64,000 nt of DNA from Prasinococcaceae sp. CCMP 1430 (lineage: Eukaryota; Plantae; Prasinodermophyta): NCBI GenBank assembly GCA_013416795.1, contig RQSC01000015.1, forward strand, positions 383,141 through 447,140. Reading direction: 5' to 3'. Shown one piece after another: positions 9,785 to 22,209 of this stretch. Under the pieces are notes generated by a model. That model saw only the letters and a program-made list of their open reading frames with translations. It was not told the origin of the DNA and did no database searches. The first letter of the stretch is position 1; each line of letters opens with the position of its first letter. The position numbers were made by a program, and so were the translations under genes.

Positions 9785-12700
9785 TTAGAACCATCCGCCG
9801 CGCTTGTGCTTTTCTGCGAGCTGTTTCGCGAGGTCGGCGAAGTTAGCGGCGTCCTGCTCCATCTCGGCCGTCCGTTGGTCGATCCGACTGAGCTTCTCGC
9901 CCCGCTCAGCGAGCCGGTCGCGCGCCTCTCCTAGTGCCGACTGCAGCTCGCCCTGCTAATGAGCGCGCGTATAGTCAGTGAGGGCACCGCCATGGCTTGT
10001 CTCGTCGCAAATGGTGCGCGTCACATAGTTTGCGGCAATCATGCTGTGCCTGCATCTGCAGCGCGCCGCGATGTTCGCATGCGCCTCGCATCTGATCGCG
10101 CGGCCGCGCTCTCACCTCCTTGTTGATCCTGGGCCTGCCGTACGCCTCGCGGATCTCATCGGCGCTCTTGTTCTGCCCCCCACGAGGATTAGCGCGCCGC
10201 TCGCGCTCCTGGGCATCGAAAAGCTCTCTCCGCGCCGATGCCTCAGCGGCCTTTGCCTTGGCCTGCGCGCTCGCCTCGGCGCGCGCGGCGTCAATCCTCT
10301 TCTGCAACTTTTTTGCCTCGGCCTCGTCGAGAGCGGTGGCACCCAGCACGTCCGCGAGGTCGCCAGCAACCACAGCGGCTGGCGGCGGATAAGCTCTCGA
10401 CGTCGAAGCAGCGGCAGCCCCGGCGCTCATCTTGTCCTTGATGCGGCCGAACAGCCCGCGTTTGGCCTTTGCTGCCGCCGCCGCGGCCATCTCCTGGGCG
10501 TGCTTCTCAGACGCAGCCTCTGACGCGCGCCCCTGCGCCGCCTGCGCCGCCTGCGCGATGGCCGTCGCGGCAGCGGCCTCGCCTGCCATGCCCGCCTGTG
10601 CGAGCTGCGGGTCGAAGGCCCTCTTGCCGTTCAAATCAGGCGCGGCTGCAAAAATCTCGAGGACGTGCACGCCGTCCTCAGGCGTAGCGAGCGCAAGCGC
10701 TCCCGTAGTGGCGTCTAGACATGTTGCGTCCATCGGCGCAGGATCGCCGTGTCCGTTCAACTCGCAGAGGCCCACCGCGTCCGCAAACGACGAGGCACCA
10801 AGAGGCCTCATGCCTGGCATGGAAATCAGCTTCAGCATCCCCGCCTTGCTGCGAGCTACGATGGCCCCGCCCGCCGACAGCGAGAGCGATTCAGGCGGGC
10901 AGACGGCGCCCGCCCACTCCCACACCTCGCCTTCCTCAGCGGCGCACTTGAATAGGGCGGAACCCTTGTCCGCGATTCCCGTCATCTCTTTCGCAGCGTA
11001 CAGGCGAGCGGTGTTGTGTGACACGACGACCACGAAAGCTGGGTCGGCCGTAGCCTCGTCCGTCGCCTCGGACCTCGGCGTCGCCCCGGCCGCACCATCC
11101 GCACCCATCCATGGCAGGCTCGGCACCGCAGCCCGCGCGGCCATTGCTCGTCCGTCAGCGTCGAGCACTTCGAGCGTTCGGCCGACCCCGCTCGCTTTCG
11201 GTGTGATGGTGCCAATGAGATTCTTTCCCTCCTCTTCGACGCCAATGCAAAACGCGGTGCCGTCAGCCGCGAGGGCGTAAACGGCAAGCGCGCGCCTCTC
11301 CTCGTCGACGAGGTTGTGCAGCCTGTCGCTCGCGGCTGCCGCGGGGTCGTGGGGGCTCGCGTCGTCGCCGTCGCCGATGGGAGATTTCGGAGTGGCCGCG
11401 CAAGCTGGCTGTGGCGCGAGGCGCAGCGACGCCAGTCCCTGCGTGCCGCACTGCGAGCGAAAGAGGATACGCCCAGCGGCCAGGTCGGTCACGGCGAGTA
11501 AATTCGCATCGTCACCGGTCACAACGATGCCGGCCGCACCCCCCACTGCCGCGCAGCGCACCGCCCTCTTGTGCGCACTGATCGACGCCACGTACTGAAA
11601 GCCCGGCATGGCAGTGACCTCATCCTCGTCCTCCTTGTATGCGGCTGGGCGCTCCCCAGCGACGTCGTTGGCGCCGATGTGCACGCGCGTAAACAGACGC
11701 GCGTCGTCGCTGTACACGAACACGCGCACGGCACCGTCCTGGTAGCCGACCACGAGGATGCCGGAAACAGGGCAAAGCTGTAGGCACGTCACCGCCGCGA
11801 GGTCATCCATGCCGACGTCTGCTGTGTTCGGTGAGCAGGCAATGACCCTGCCGTTGGCATCCCAGAAGTTGAGCGTGCCATCTCGGTGGCCAGTGATGAG
11901 CAGCCTGCTGGCCACGACCGCGGCGGCTACCGACGGCTGCGGTGTCAGCGCCCCTCCTGTGACTGGCCACGCGCCCCCGCTGGGGAGTTCCGGACAAGGA
12001 AGGCCCTGGAATTCGCCCGCATCGGCAAGCGCCTCGACACTCAGCCCGCATCCGCCCTGCGTCCCGTCGCAGTGGCACATAGCAAGCGCGGTCACGGGCG
12101 ACGCCAGCGCGGGCAGCAGCGGGACCGGGATCTCTGGCTCGACGGCAGCAGCAGCATGCTCAGAACCCTCGCTGTCTGTGTCGTCCTCGCGCAAGGCCGC
12201 GACTGCCTCGCGCTGTCCCGGCGTGAGGGGCTCCAGCACGGGGTCCAAAGCGGGCTTTGCCTCGGGTAGGGCAGTGGTCGGCCCCTCGTCGTGCACGTGC
12301 AGCTGCCCGCCCTCCGTGAGCGTGATGATGCTTGACACCGCTGCACAGGCCGGCAGGCCGCCCGGCCCTGGCCCCGGCTCGGAGACAACTTCGAAGTCGT
12401 TGACGTGCCCGAACCACACGAGCCTGTGGGGCGGGGGTAGCGCAGGCGGCAGGAGGGTCCGGACGGGCGCGGGCGAGGCGGGGGGGCTAGGGCTGCCGCT
12501 GGCCGCGCTGGCCACGGCGGGGGGCGGCGGGCTCGCACAGCCGCCATCCGCGGCCACGTGATCGCCGAGCGCGATGGGGACGGCGGTGATGGCCTCCATC
12601 TCGTCCTCTGGCTGGCCGCCAAGGCAGTACAGCCAAGCCACGTCGGCTCGCGACGCGCCCGCGGCGCGCACGGCAACGACGGGGGCGCAGTGTCTCGGCA

Positions 12701-13733
12701 CGGCGCCTGCATGCAGCGGGACTCGCCTGAGCGGGGTGGCCGGCGTCGGCTCCGCCAGCACCGGCGCCATTGCGTCCGCCATGGACCAGAGCCACACGTC
12801 GCCGGCTGAGTAGCCGGCAACGGCGAGCCCCGCCGTCCCATTTGGGACCCAGTCGGCGTCGGTGAGGTGCAGCGTGCGCGCAAGCGCGGCGAGGCGGTCC
12901 AGCGCGTCCTGGTCGCCGGACCGAGCCCCCGCGATCATGGCCTCCGGCGGGGGTGGGACCTCGGCTGCGGCCTGCGGCCGGCGCGCCGGCAGGTCCCACG
13001 ATATGAGTGAGCAATCCGCGAATGCGAGCAAGAGCCTGCGCGCCTCGGCGCCCGGCTGGGGGCGGATCGCAACGAGCGCGCGCCTGCCGCCGAAGCCATC
13101 GCCCTCCACCTCGTCGCCGCTGCTCTTGCCGGCGCCAGTGGCCTCAGCGTGCGTGACGCAGTAAGGCAGTAGTCGCACTGCGGGCGGCTTCGGCTGCCCC
13201 GCCGCGCGAGCACCAGTGTTTGCGCCGCCACCACCTGCCGTGCCGGCCGCGCCGGTGGCCATGACGGCGCCGCCCCGTGCCTCGACGACGCGCAGCGTGC
13301 CGTCGACGCAGCCCGCGTAGAAGTATGGCTTCCCGGGCGCCCCCGCCAGCGAGACGATGTCCGCATCGAGCTCGATGCTGGCGTGCCTCTGCAGTGAGCA
13401 CAGCTCCCACACGTCGAGACGCCGTGCGCCCACGGCGCCGGCGAGCAGCGCGCTATGGCGCGCGAATGCGAGCTTCCTCACTGGCTCGGCGGACCCGGCG
13501 AGCAGCCTGGCGTCCACCCCCTTCTGGGCGTCGCCGAAGAGCTTGACGACGCCGTCGTGGGCGCCCACCGCGAGCAGGCGCTGCGTGGGGTCGTGCGCTA
13601 CGCACGTCGCCCTGCGCGGCGCGCCGGTGTGCGCCGCGCCGCGCACGCACACGTCTCCCGCCTCGGCGCCGCGCCCCTCGGCGAGCTGCGCCGTGTCGCG
13701 CTGCGCCACCTTGCGCCTGAACGCCGACCGCAT
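9785..13733 (-). CDS. Tomosyn/Lethal-giant-larvae-like WD40 protein with C-terminal R-SNARE motif; exons 13733-10116, 9952-9785
   Basis: N-terminal TCVAHDPTQRLLAVGAHDGVVKLFG is typical of Lgl/tomosyn. A hidden last exon encodes GELQSALGEARDRLAERGEKLSRIDQRTAEMEQDAANFADLAKQLAEKHKRGGWF*, an R-SNARE helix with zero-layer Arg. Intron 10115-9953 is GT-AG. Confidence 0.9.
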
Positions 13734-14769
13734 CGCTGGAAAAGGCGCGGCGCGGCGGCGGCGCCCCACCTGCCCTCCGGGCGCCGCCGGCTGGGGCTCC
13801 ACACATTCATCCGAAGCTACGGCCGATGTTCCCCTGCCCCCCGCGTGCCCACCCGCTTTTCCGCGCGCGCAGCAGAGCTGTTCGTTCGCGCCGGCGGGCG
13901 TGCGCGCAACAGACCAACTCTAAGAAGCTTCTCCTTGTTACACTGCCTGATGGCTGACTGCCAGCTGATGGCTGACGCAGGCTGCGGACTGCCGGCTCGG
14001 ACTGGCTGGCTGACTGACCGATGATTTAACCCTGCATTCCGGATTTCCGATCGGTCGGATCGGCGGCGCGTCCGAAGCGTCCCCCGGCCGCATCCGTGGC
14101 TGGGTGTACTGGCTGGCCGGCTGGACGGGCTTGCTGGCGTCCGGCGTCGGACGGGCCGCTGACTGGCTGACTGCATGCGCTTGGGTGGGGAGGAGCGGCA
14201 TGCGGCGATGCTTGGTTGGCACCTGCTTGCTCTTGGTTCGTTCGTGCGGTAGGGATGCTCGCGTGGTTGGCGGCGGCGCGTTCCCCCTCGCGCGCGCTCG
14301 CTGGCGATCGGTGGGTCGGTCGCACGGGCGAACCAACCGAGCGCGCGCGAATTTCGAACGCTCGCAGGCAAGCTGTACGCCGCCGCAGCGGCTGCGGCGC
14401 CAGCCAGGCCGGGGCGCCAGCCGACAGACGCCAGCGCCGGGGAACGGGCGGGGGCGAGGCGCAAAGGGTGGAGCATGCGCGATGGGCGGGTCATGGGTGG
14501 GCGGCGCGGGGGGGGTTGGAGGTGGGGTTGGTTGGGGACAGCGACAGGGAGAGGCCTGAATGGCACCGTCGGGAGCGGGGGGGCGGACGATGCATGGGGG
14601 TGGGGGTGAGCGCCCGGCCAGCGGTGCGGCGCGCTCCCACACCCCGCCGCGCGAGCAGCGAGCAGCGCGCGAGCGGGGGCGAGGGGGAGCGGGCCTGGGA
14701 GGCCCGCCCCGGCGGGCCCCCTCGCTCCCGAAGGGCTAGGGGTGGCGTGGGCCGGGGGTGGGTCGGTAG

Positions 14770-17700
14770 ATGGGTAGTAGTAGAGGGGGGGGAGGGACTG
14801 GCGTGATGCAGTCGCCGGGGAAGCCCGAGCGGCTGCTCGCCATCACAGTCGGCGTCGGCGGATGCTGCTCAAATGCGAAGGAGGTTGTCATCCCGTACGT
14901 GGACAGAGCCGCAGTTGCGGCGGACTCGGCGGAGCCTGGGGGGCAGTGGGCGGACGCCGTCGTGCCCAGAGGCAAGCACGTCCAGCTCTTTGCCGTGCTC
15001 GGCAGGGGCGGCGGCGGCGCTACCGCGGTCGAGCTGCGCGCGGCATGGCGGCTAACCACGGCCATCGGTGCGTCGCGAGTGAATCTCGGAGGCAGCACGG
15101 ACACCCACTTCAGCCTGCCGGGCGACAGCAAGCGCGGCGCGCCGCGCGTGCGTCTGCAGTCGCGCGGCGCCGCCGCCGCCCTCTTCGATGCGCACGAGCA
15201 GCTGCTCCCACGCGCAGACGCGCTCGTCGCCGACGCGGCCAGGCATCGCTGCTGCGTGGACGCCACCGCCGCGCAGATCGACGCGGAGGCACTGCTGAGG
15301 TACCAGGGCGCCGTCATCTGCCTCGGGCCCGACGCCGTGCAACAAGGCTCGGCTGGAAGCTTCCACGCTGAGGTGGAGGCGCACGCACTGTGCGCGACGG
15401 CAATCTGCGTCTTCTTCCCAGCGCACAGGGCAGCCGAGGTGCTCGCGCTCTCGCCCGCGGATCAGCTCACGCCCACCAAGGTGCGCGCCCGCTACCCCAG
15501 CACGCGCGCGAACGCGCGAGCATGCTGCGCTCGGATGCGATTGCTGACTTGTGCGCACATGGACCCTCGTAGGACGGCGGTGGGTCGTACGGCGCCTCTG
15601 TAAACGCGTCTGCGCCACGCGGGGGGGGAGGCGACGAGTACATCGACGCGAGTTGCGACCCTGCGCGCCCAGCCGCCATGGGCGGCGCGCCCGCCGTCGG
15701 TGTGGTCCGCTTTGGCTTCGAGTGGGCGACCGCGCGCGTGCGGGTGCGCGTCGAGCACGCCGGCACAGCAAACAGGTCCCTGAGCGTGCTCCTGCAGGGC
15801 ATGGCCGACGGTGGGTGCTCCATTAGCGCCATGGTGGCCAAGCTGCTCGGCACGCCACCACCTGGCGTCGGCGCCGATCAGCGACTCCGCACGGATGTGG
15901 TGCCCCCCGGCGAGGACCGAACACAGTCACCGATGTCGCTCATGGCGGCCTTGGAGGGTTCTGCCAGCGCCGAAGACACCCACGTGGCGCTCATGGCGCC
16001 TGTGTCCGACGTGCGTGAGGAGGCAGCGCGCTACACTGCGTTGCTCGCGCGTTTGCTGGAGGCGGACGATCGTCCATCCGCATTGGCCGCGCGGCTGGCA
16101 GCCGAGGGCGTGGCGGAAATTGCATGCGCGCGAGTGATTGCATTGAGCCCGCAATTCGCGCAGCGCGCGGAAGCAGCAATTCAAACCGCAGACAAGGAGG
16201 TGGCCGAGGCAAAGGTCGACGAGGAGACGGCCAGCCCCGCCAGCAGTAGACACGGGGAGGTGACGGCGCTGGGCGCCGCCGGCGCGACTGCGAATCATGC
16301 AACTGATGGTACGGGCGAGGGCTCCAGCGACGCGTCGGAGAGCCAGGCACCTCTGCCGGAGGAGCACGCTCCCGCAATGGAACCCGGGCGCGTGCCAGAG
16401 AATGCGGACTACGCCGTTGGCGGCGGCGCTGGGCACGGCAGCAGCGCCCGGCCGCTCCCTACGCTGTCCCTGTCGAGGACGCGTCCGGGCGGCGCAGCGT
16501 CGACGCCCGTACCGCGCCTGGCGCTGCCTCAAAGCTCTGTACCAGAGGCCTCGGCAGGTCCACTCACACGATCGACGCGGCGCACGATGTCAACTGATCG
16601 ACGACGCGCAGAGCTGCCGAAGGGCGCCCGCACCGTTGCTGCGCTGAGAGCAAGTGCTGACGCCCCGAGATTGTCCTTGGGTGCGCTGCCGACGCCGCGG
16701 TCGTTGAGCTCCCATCGATCGCTGTCGCTCTCGCAACGCGGCCCGGCGAGCGCTAAAGAAGAGCTGTCGGCCGTCGCTCGGCATTTAGGCCGCACGCAAG
16801 CCGCAGCGGCGCTTGCCGCTGTCGCAGCCAGCCGCGTGCCCTTCGTTGGTAGTGTTTCTAGGAGCGGTGGTGCCAGCTATGCCGCTGCGACGCCCGCGCG
16901 GCCGGCGCCGACACGAACGACGCCGATGGGGGCAAGCTCTGCGGGACCGGTGATTGCTCGGCCCGTGGCTGAGAGCTGGCGCATCTTCTGTGACTCGGCA
17001 GTGTACAAGGCAAAGGTTGCTCTGTTGCGAATCATCGCTGTGCTCCTGCGTGCGCTGGACGACGGGCATATGCCCGAACATCACGAAAACGCCAGTGCAT
17101 CGAGCGCTTTCCTGCCAACACTCGCGTGCGTGGTCTTGGCCGATTGGGACCTGCTCCAACGCCGGGGAGGGCTCGCAAATGCGACAGCAACATTTCGCGT
17201 TGCGGCGTGCTCGGTGCTGGCGGCGTATCCCGCAAGAGCGATGCCCATCCCTGACGATGCAGCGACGGGACTAATCGCGGCTCCTGCCGTTGCCCTCGCC
17301 GGCGTCCAGGTCAAGACCGCCGTGGGAGGGCATGCTGCAATCGCTTACGTGCAGCGTCTTCTTGGGCGAATTCTGACCACCACCGGCTCGAGACGCACGG
17401 CGAGCGCCATCAGCGGCGCTAACAGTAGTGCCGGCGGCCGAGCCGCCAAGGACAGTGGCGTCATGTCCGCCGTCCGCTCAGCGCTGATTCTTCTCCTGGA
17501 AATCCTGCGCGCGTGCCCTGGTGGCCGCGTCAAAAACTCCGAGGAATCACAAGGTCGAAGCGTGCGTGCGAGTCTCGCGAGGGAGGCCCTTGACCGCTGC
17601 AGCGATCACTTGCAGAAGGTGCGGCGCCTCGTCATGGAGTCGCGACGGGCAGAGAGCGCGTCAGGCCGCAAAGCGGCGCCGCTATACACCCATACAGCAG

Positions 17701-20700
17701 CCACGCAAATGTGTGCAGCGCTCGTCGGGATTTACGCGATCGCGGCAGAGCGAGGTGACGAGGGCGACGAAGTTGACGCCTCGATCGCATCGCTCCACTC
17801 AACACTCGTCGCTACGAGCACCAACTTTACATGGCTCTGTGAGTGGGGGGAGGCGATTCTGGTGCCTGAGGCTACCGACGCGCTGCGTGCCAGCGTTGAC
17901 GCTTGCGCGCCCATAGCCGCGGCAGCTATGGATGAAGCGCGTTGCGACCTGCTCAGATTGCTGGCATCCCTCGCCGCCGTGACTGCAGATGACCACGCCG
18001 ATGGAAAGGGCCGGGGGGGCAGGCGATTCGTGGGTGCAACACCGCGCGAGCGCGGCATGGTCTCGGCCAATTGGCTGTCGCTGTGCACTGCGCCGAGCAG
18101 CTCACGCGAGGCGGGACTGATCACGCGGGCGTGCCTGGACGATCGTCTCTCTGCGAAAGTGCGCGCGACCGCGCTTTCGGTCGTGCGTACCGTGTTGGTG
18201 GCAGGCATGCTCAAGACCGACGAGCCGGCGGTCCAATTTTGGTCCGAGGACCATTTCGTGAGATTAGCCAGAGCGTACCTTGGCAGCACGGCGGACGAAT
18301 CAACCGCTAGTGCCGCGGCTGAGTGTGCAGCTGCAGCAAGAGTTCTCACATCGCTTTCGAAGTCATCGCAGGCGGCAAGGCGAGCGTTGCTGCATGTGCG
18401 CTGCGTGGACTTCTTGGCAACCGAAATCAGTGCCGAGTTGGAGTGCTCTGCTGGCGGAGGCGCAGGCGGGCCATTCCTTCCTGCAGGGCAGCACTGTGGT
18501 GACGCGATCGGTACCGCTCGCGCAGCGGGGAACTGGAGTGTGCAGGTGCCCTCGCTTTCGCTGCCGCCACAGGGGTCTAGAGCCGAAGAGAATGCCCACG
18601 CCTCAGACAGCGACATAGACAGCAGTGATGCTGGCTGCGAGCTCTGGACGCCGACACCGCGGAGCGACCGAATAGTCATCGGCCGCACGGCGACGGCGGC
18701 GCGCCCACCACCGCCATCGATGCCCGCGCTCGGCCTCGCAGATCGGGCCAACGGCGGCGCTTCTCCCGAAGGCGCCAGCGCGAACGCAGTCGCCGGACGC
18801 CCGCCGCAAATTTCGCTCCCCCCATTTCTGCGTGGGCCTGACGCTTACGCAGACCTCGGCAGCGCATCACTACCACCGTCGCCGCCCTGCGCGTCGGTGC
18901 CATCGTCGCCCCCTCCTTCGCCGCCTCCGGCGAACAGCGGCAGCGATGCTGGGGACGGTGCCGAGGGCGCTTTTCGGTGTCGGCCATCGAGCGTGTTGGA
19001 TTTGTTTTGGAGCACGCAGGATCCCTTCGTTGCCGACGAAGAGAGCCTTCACGGCGACGTCGACGGAACGCAGGCGCATCTGTCGCCCATCCAGGCGAGC
19101 GTTCGTGGCGCGGAGGCGCAGCGCAAATCGCAAGAGAGCGAGGCGTCTGATCATTCGTACGATGATGGGTGCGAGCTGTATGCCGAGACGCCACGCAACG
19201 AGCGCTTCGTCATCGGCGCGTCGACCACAACGCCGCCAGCGCTCGCTCTGGCCGCAAGCGAGCATGGACTCACCGGTGGTCGCGCGGCCGCGCGTGCGCC
19301 GACGCACGGGCACGGCGTCTTCACAGCGGCCGACAGGGCGGGTGTGCCCGCGCAGCCTCTTGCCTACGCGCCCGAGCCCGCAAGCGGCGATCTCTACGGC
19401 GTGGCCCGCTCCACCAGGCTACTGTACGCGGATATCGACCTGCATGCCACACTTTTGGAGCTCTTGCTCGTGCTACTCACAGCTCACGACTCCGATAGCA
19501 CGGACGGCACGTCGGTCGCGGTCGCGGAGGGGACCCGCCTCTCGCCGTGGTACAGCTCGCAGCTTCCTGTCGAGGCGGGTCAGCCCAATGCGCCGTACCT
19601 GCTGCACCACCACCTGCACCACCCGATGAATGCGCCAGTGCTACCGCTGGTCAAGAAGGCGGCGAGGGGGCTCGGCGGGCCGGCTCTGCGGCTGCTCAAG
19701 CTCTGCGAAACGGGCAGCTTCCCTGCGAGCCGCTACGGGCGACTAGAGCGCCTGTGGCGGGGGGAGAAGTCCTCGGTCTTCTGTGCTCAGCGCAAGCCCG
19801 ATGGCGTGGCCGACAGCGCCGCGGATGACGACAGCTGGGCCGGCCAGCTCACCGCCCTCAAGGTGATGGAAATGCCGCGTTCTGTGCACGACCCGTGCGT
19901 CGCGTACGACGCGTACAGCGAGGTCAGCGTGCTGCAGCACCTGCAGCAAAGCAGCGTTGCTCGACATGCGTGTGCGCTCCTTGACTATGGCGTCGGGCGT
20001 GATGGATACTACATCGCCATGCCCATGTAAGAGGCATCGCTTAGGCAATGGCGCGCGCGCCACGAGGGACTGTATGGAGAGCTACCGCTCGTGCGGCGCC
20101 TGCCATTGTATATGCGCGTATACGAAGCGGCGCTCGAGAGCGTGGTGGCAGTTTGCGGCGCGGGCTCTGTCTGCCACTTCGACATCAAGGCGGACAACGT
20201 CCTGCTCGAGATGTGCACAGGCTCCACCGAGAGCGCATTCTGGGAGCCTTCGCTCGGACACGCGCCGCTGCCCTTCAGATGCGTGCTTGGGGATTTCGGC
20301 GAGGCCGTCGTGTTGTCCACAGATGGGCTGCCGTACGACTACGGCGACGACACCGTGGAGCGCTGTGTCACCATGCGCAATCGCGGCACGGAATACATTA
20401 AGGCCCCTGAGATGCTGCTCGTGGAGGAAGCGGCGCGTACGGACGCAGCGTCGTACGATCGGCGGCGAGTGGGTGGCGTCGGGCGCGCGGCAGACTTGTG
20501 GAGTTTGGCGTGCATGCTCTACGAGATCATCGCCAACGAGTTTCTGTTCTATGAGGCCGACTGGACACGTTTCTTCGCGCGCGCGACGACGGAGAAGTTG
20601 GAAGTGCTTGAGAACAGTCACCGCGATCGCATGGGGGGCGACGTCGCGCGTCCGCTGCAGGCCCTGCTCGAGCGCACGCTGGTTCGCGAGCCCTCGCGCC

Positions 20701-20798
20701 GCCCGAGCATGCGCGAGTTTTCCACGCGGTTCGCCGCGGCGCGGCGCGACGTGCTTCAGGCTATCGCCAGCTCGCGCGAGAATGTGCTCACCATCTGA
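14770..20798 (+). CDS. Very large helical-repeat/Ser-Thr protein kinase (~1900 aa); intron 15481-15572; in-frame TAA at 20028-20030 inside the kinase domain
   Basis: ORFs 14770-15603, 15678-20030 and 20091-20798 join by one phase-0 intron and one in-frame stop. Kinase motifs ALKVM, HFDIKADNVLL, GDFGE, RGTEYIKAPE and DLWSLACML. Confidence 0.8.
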
Positions 20799-20871
20799 CC
20801 CGATGGACTATTAATTAATACCGCGGCTTCACGATGCGGCCCAGCACGCGCCTCCGCCCCCGCCGCCCGCG

Positions 20872-22209
20872 TCAGTACGCCGACTGTTCGGCCTCGTCGC
20901 CAGCGAGAAACCAGAACGACAGCGCCAGCCTATCACGCGAGGTGGGGCGCACCTCGTGCTCCACATCGCGGCTGCGGAAGAGCACGAGCATATCCGACTG
21001 CGAGGCGTGTGCACGCGCGCCCAGGGGGAGCGGACCATGACGGATGAGCGGCCGCGGCAGCGGGGTCGCGAGGCGCAGCGTCAGTTGCGCATCTGAGAGT
21101 CCTGCGCGGATTCAGCGCCGGCCGCTGCTAGTGCGCCGCCGAGCGCAGGAGAGACGTACCTTTGGTGAGAGCGTCACGGGCTCGGAGTCGGCGTCGCCGC
21201 TACCTGGCGGGTACAACACGAGCTCGCCTCCGTCCGTCGCCGGGTCCCAGTCTGGGGGCGTTGCGTAATAGATTGCCGACACCAGTCGCGAGTCCGCGCG
21301 CGGCGATGCTGCGGTAGCGTCGAGGTGCCGCACGAACCCCTTTTTCCCGGCCGCGTACTGCGCGAGCATGGCCTTTGACATGTACTCGGACGGCTCGCGC
21401 AGAGGCAGCGAGGGCGCTCCCTGCCGCACCGCGCTGAGGACATGCGTGCGCAGCAGCTGTGTTGTCGCCGCGGCGAGCGTGCCGCCGGGGGCGACAACGC
21501 CACCGTCGCCCGCCTCAGCGGCCAGGGCGCCGGCAGGCGCGTCTGCCTCGTCGCGCTCATCACCGAGCAGCCACAGCACGACGTCGTCGCGCTGTGAGCG
21601 ATCGGCCGCCCCTGTGCGTTCCATCTCGCCTGCACTGGCGTCCGCGCCTCGCCGCGCGTCGAAGTGCGACTCGAGCGCCGCGCGCACGGCAGCCGCCTGG
21701 GGCGCACCGAAAAGCGCCTCGACAGTGGCGTATCCCTTGCCGCTGGCTTCGAGCTCCTTCGCTGCGGCTGCGACGCGCTGCTCGAGGGATGGCGTGGCAT
21801 GAAGTGTCCACGGCGAGGTCTGCCCCGGCTCTGCCGGCGCAGGAGGCGTGAGGTAGTCCGAGCGCACCCCCGCGGCGGCGGCGATGCGCGTGGGGAGGGA
21901 GTAGTGCACCATGCCCGCCTCCGCGCACGTGATGGCGAGCGCGACGAGCTCTCCGAGCGCTGGCAGCGCTTGCGCCTGTATGGCCCCCATTGCCTCCATC
22001 TCGAACGCGAAGCCAAGGTGAGGCGAGGCGTAGAAGCGCGAGTGCGATCGAGTCTCTGACGGGCGCGTGGCGAGCAGCCTCGAGATGGCGGGGGCGATGG
22101 ACGCGCCCCTACGCGCACCAGCGCCCGGGCCTCCCGCCGCCACCACCGCCGCCGCCGCGCCCTCGAGCTCCGAGCGCAGGCCGCGCGCGCAGTGCTCGAG
22201 CAGCGCCAT
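20872..22209 (-). CDS. 2OG-Fe(II) oxygenase (EGLN/prolyl-hydroxylase-like); exons ~22209-21160, 20997-20872; start uncertain
   Basis: GFVRHLD (HxD), RLVSAIYY..PPDW...GGELVLYP, and a hidden last exon SDMLVLFRSRDVEHEVRPTSRDRLALSFWF supplying the distal His and Arg. Intron 21159-20998 is GT-AG. Confidence 0.88.

Noticed and set aside
20028-20030. TAA/TAG-to-Gln genetic code reassignment, as in some ulvophytes
   Set aside because: TAA and TAG end several well-defined genes in this window (1397, 5938, 9785, 24545, 37873), and the expected residue here is Tyr.
20027-20044. Possible 18-nt in-frame micro-intron GTAAGAGGCATCGCTTAG that would remove the kinase TAA
   Set aside because: It has perfect GT-AG ends, but splicing would delete the conserved (Y)EASLR hinge/alphaD segment, and all other introns here are >90 nt. 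A point change is more parsimonious, though RNA-seq should still check it.
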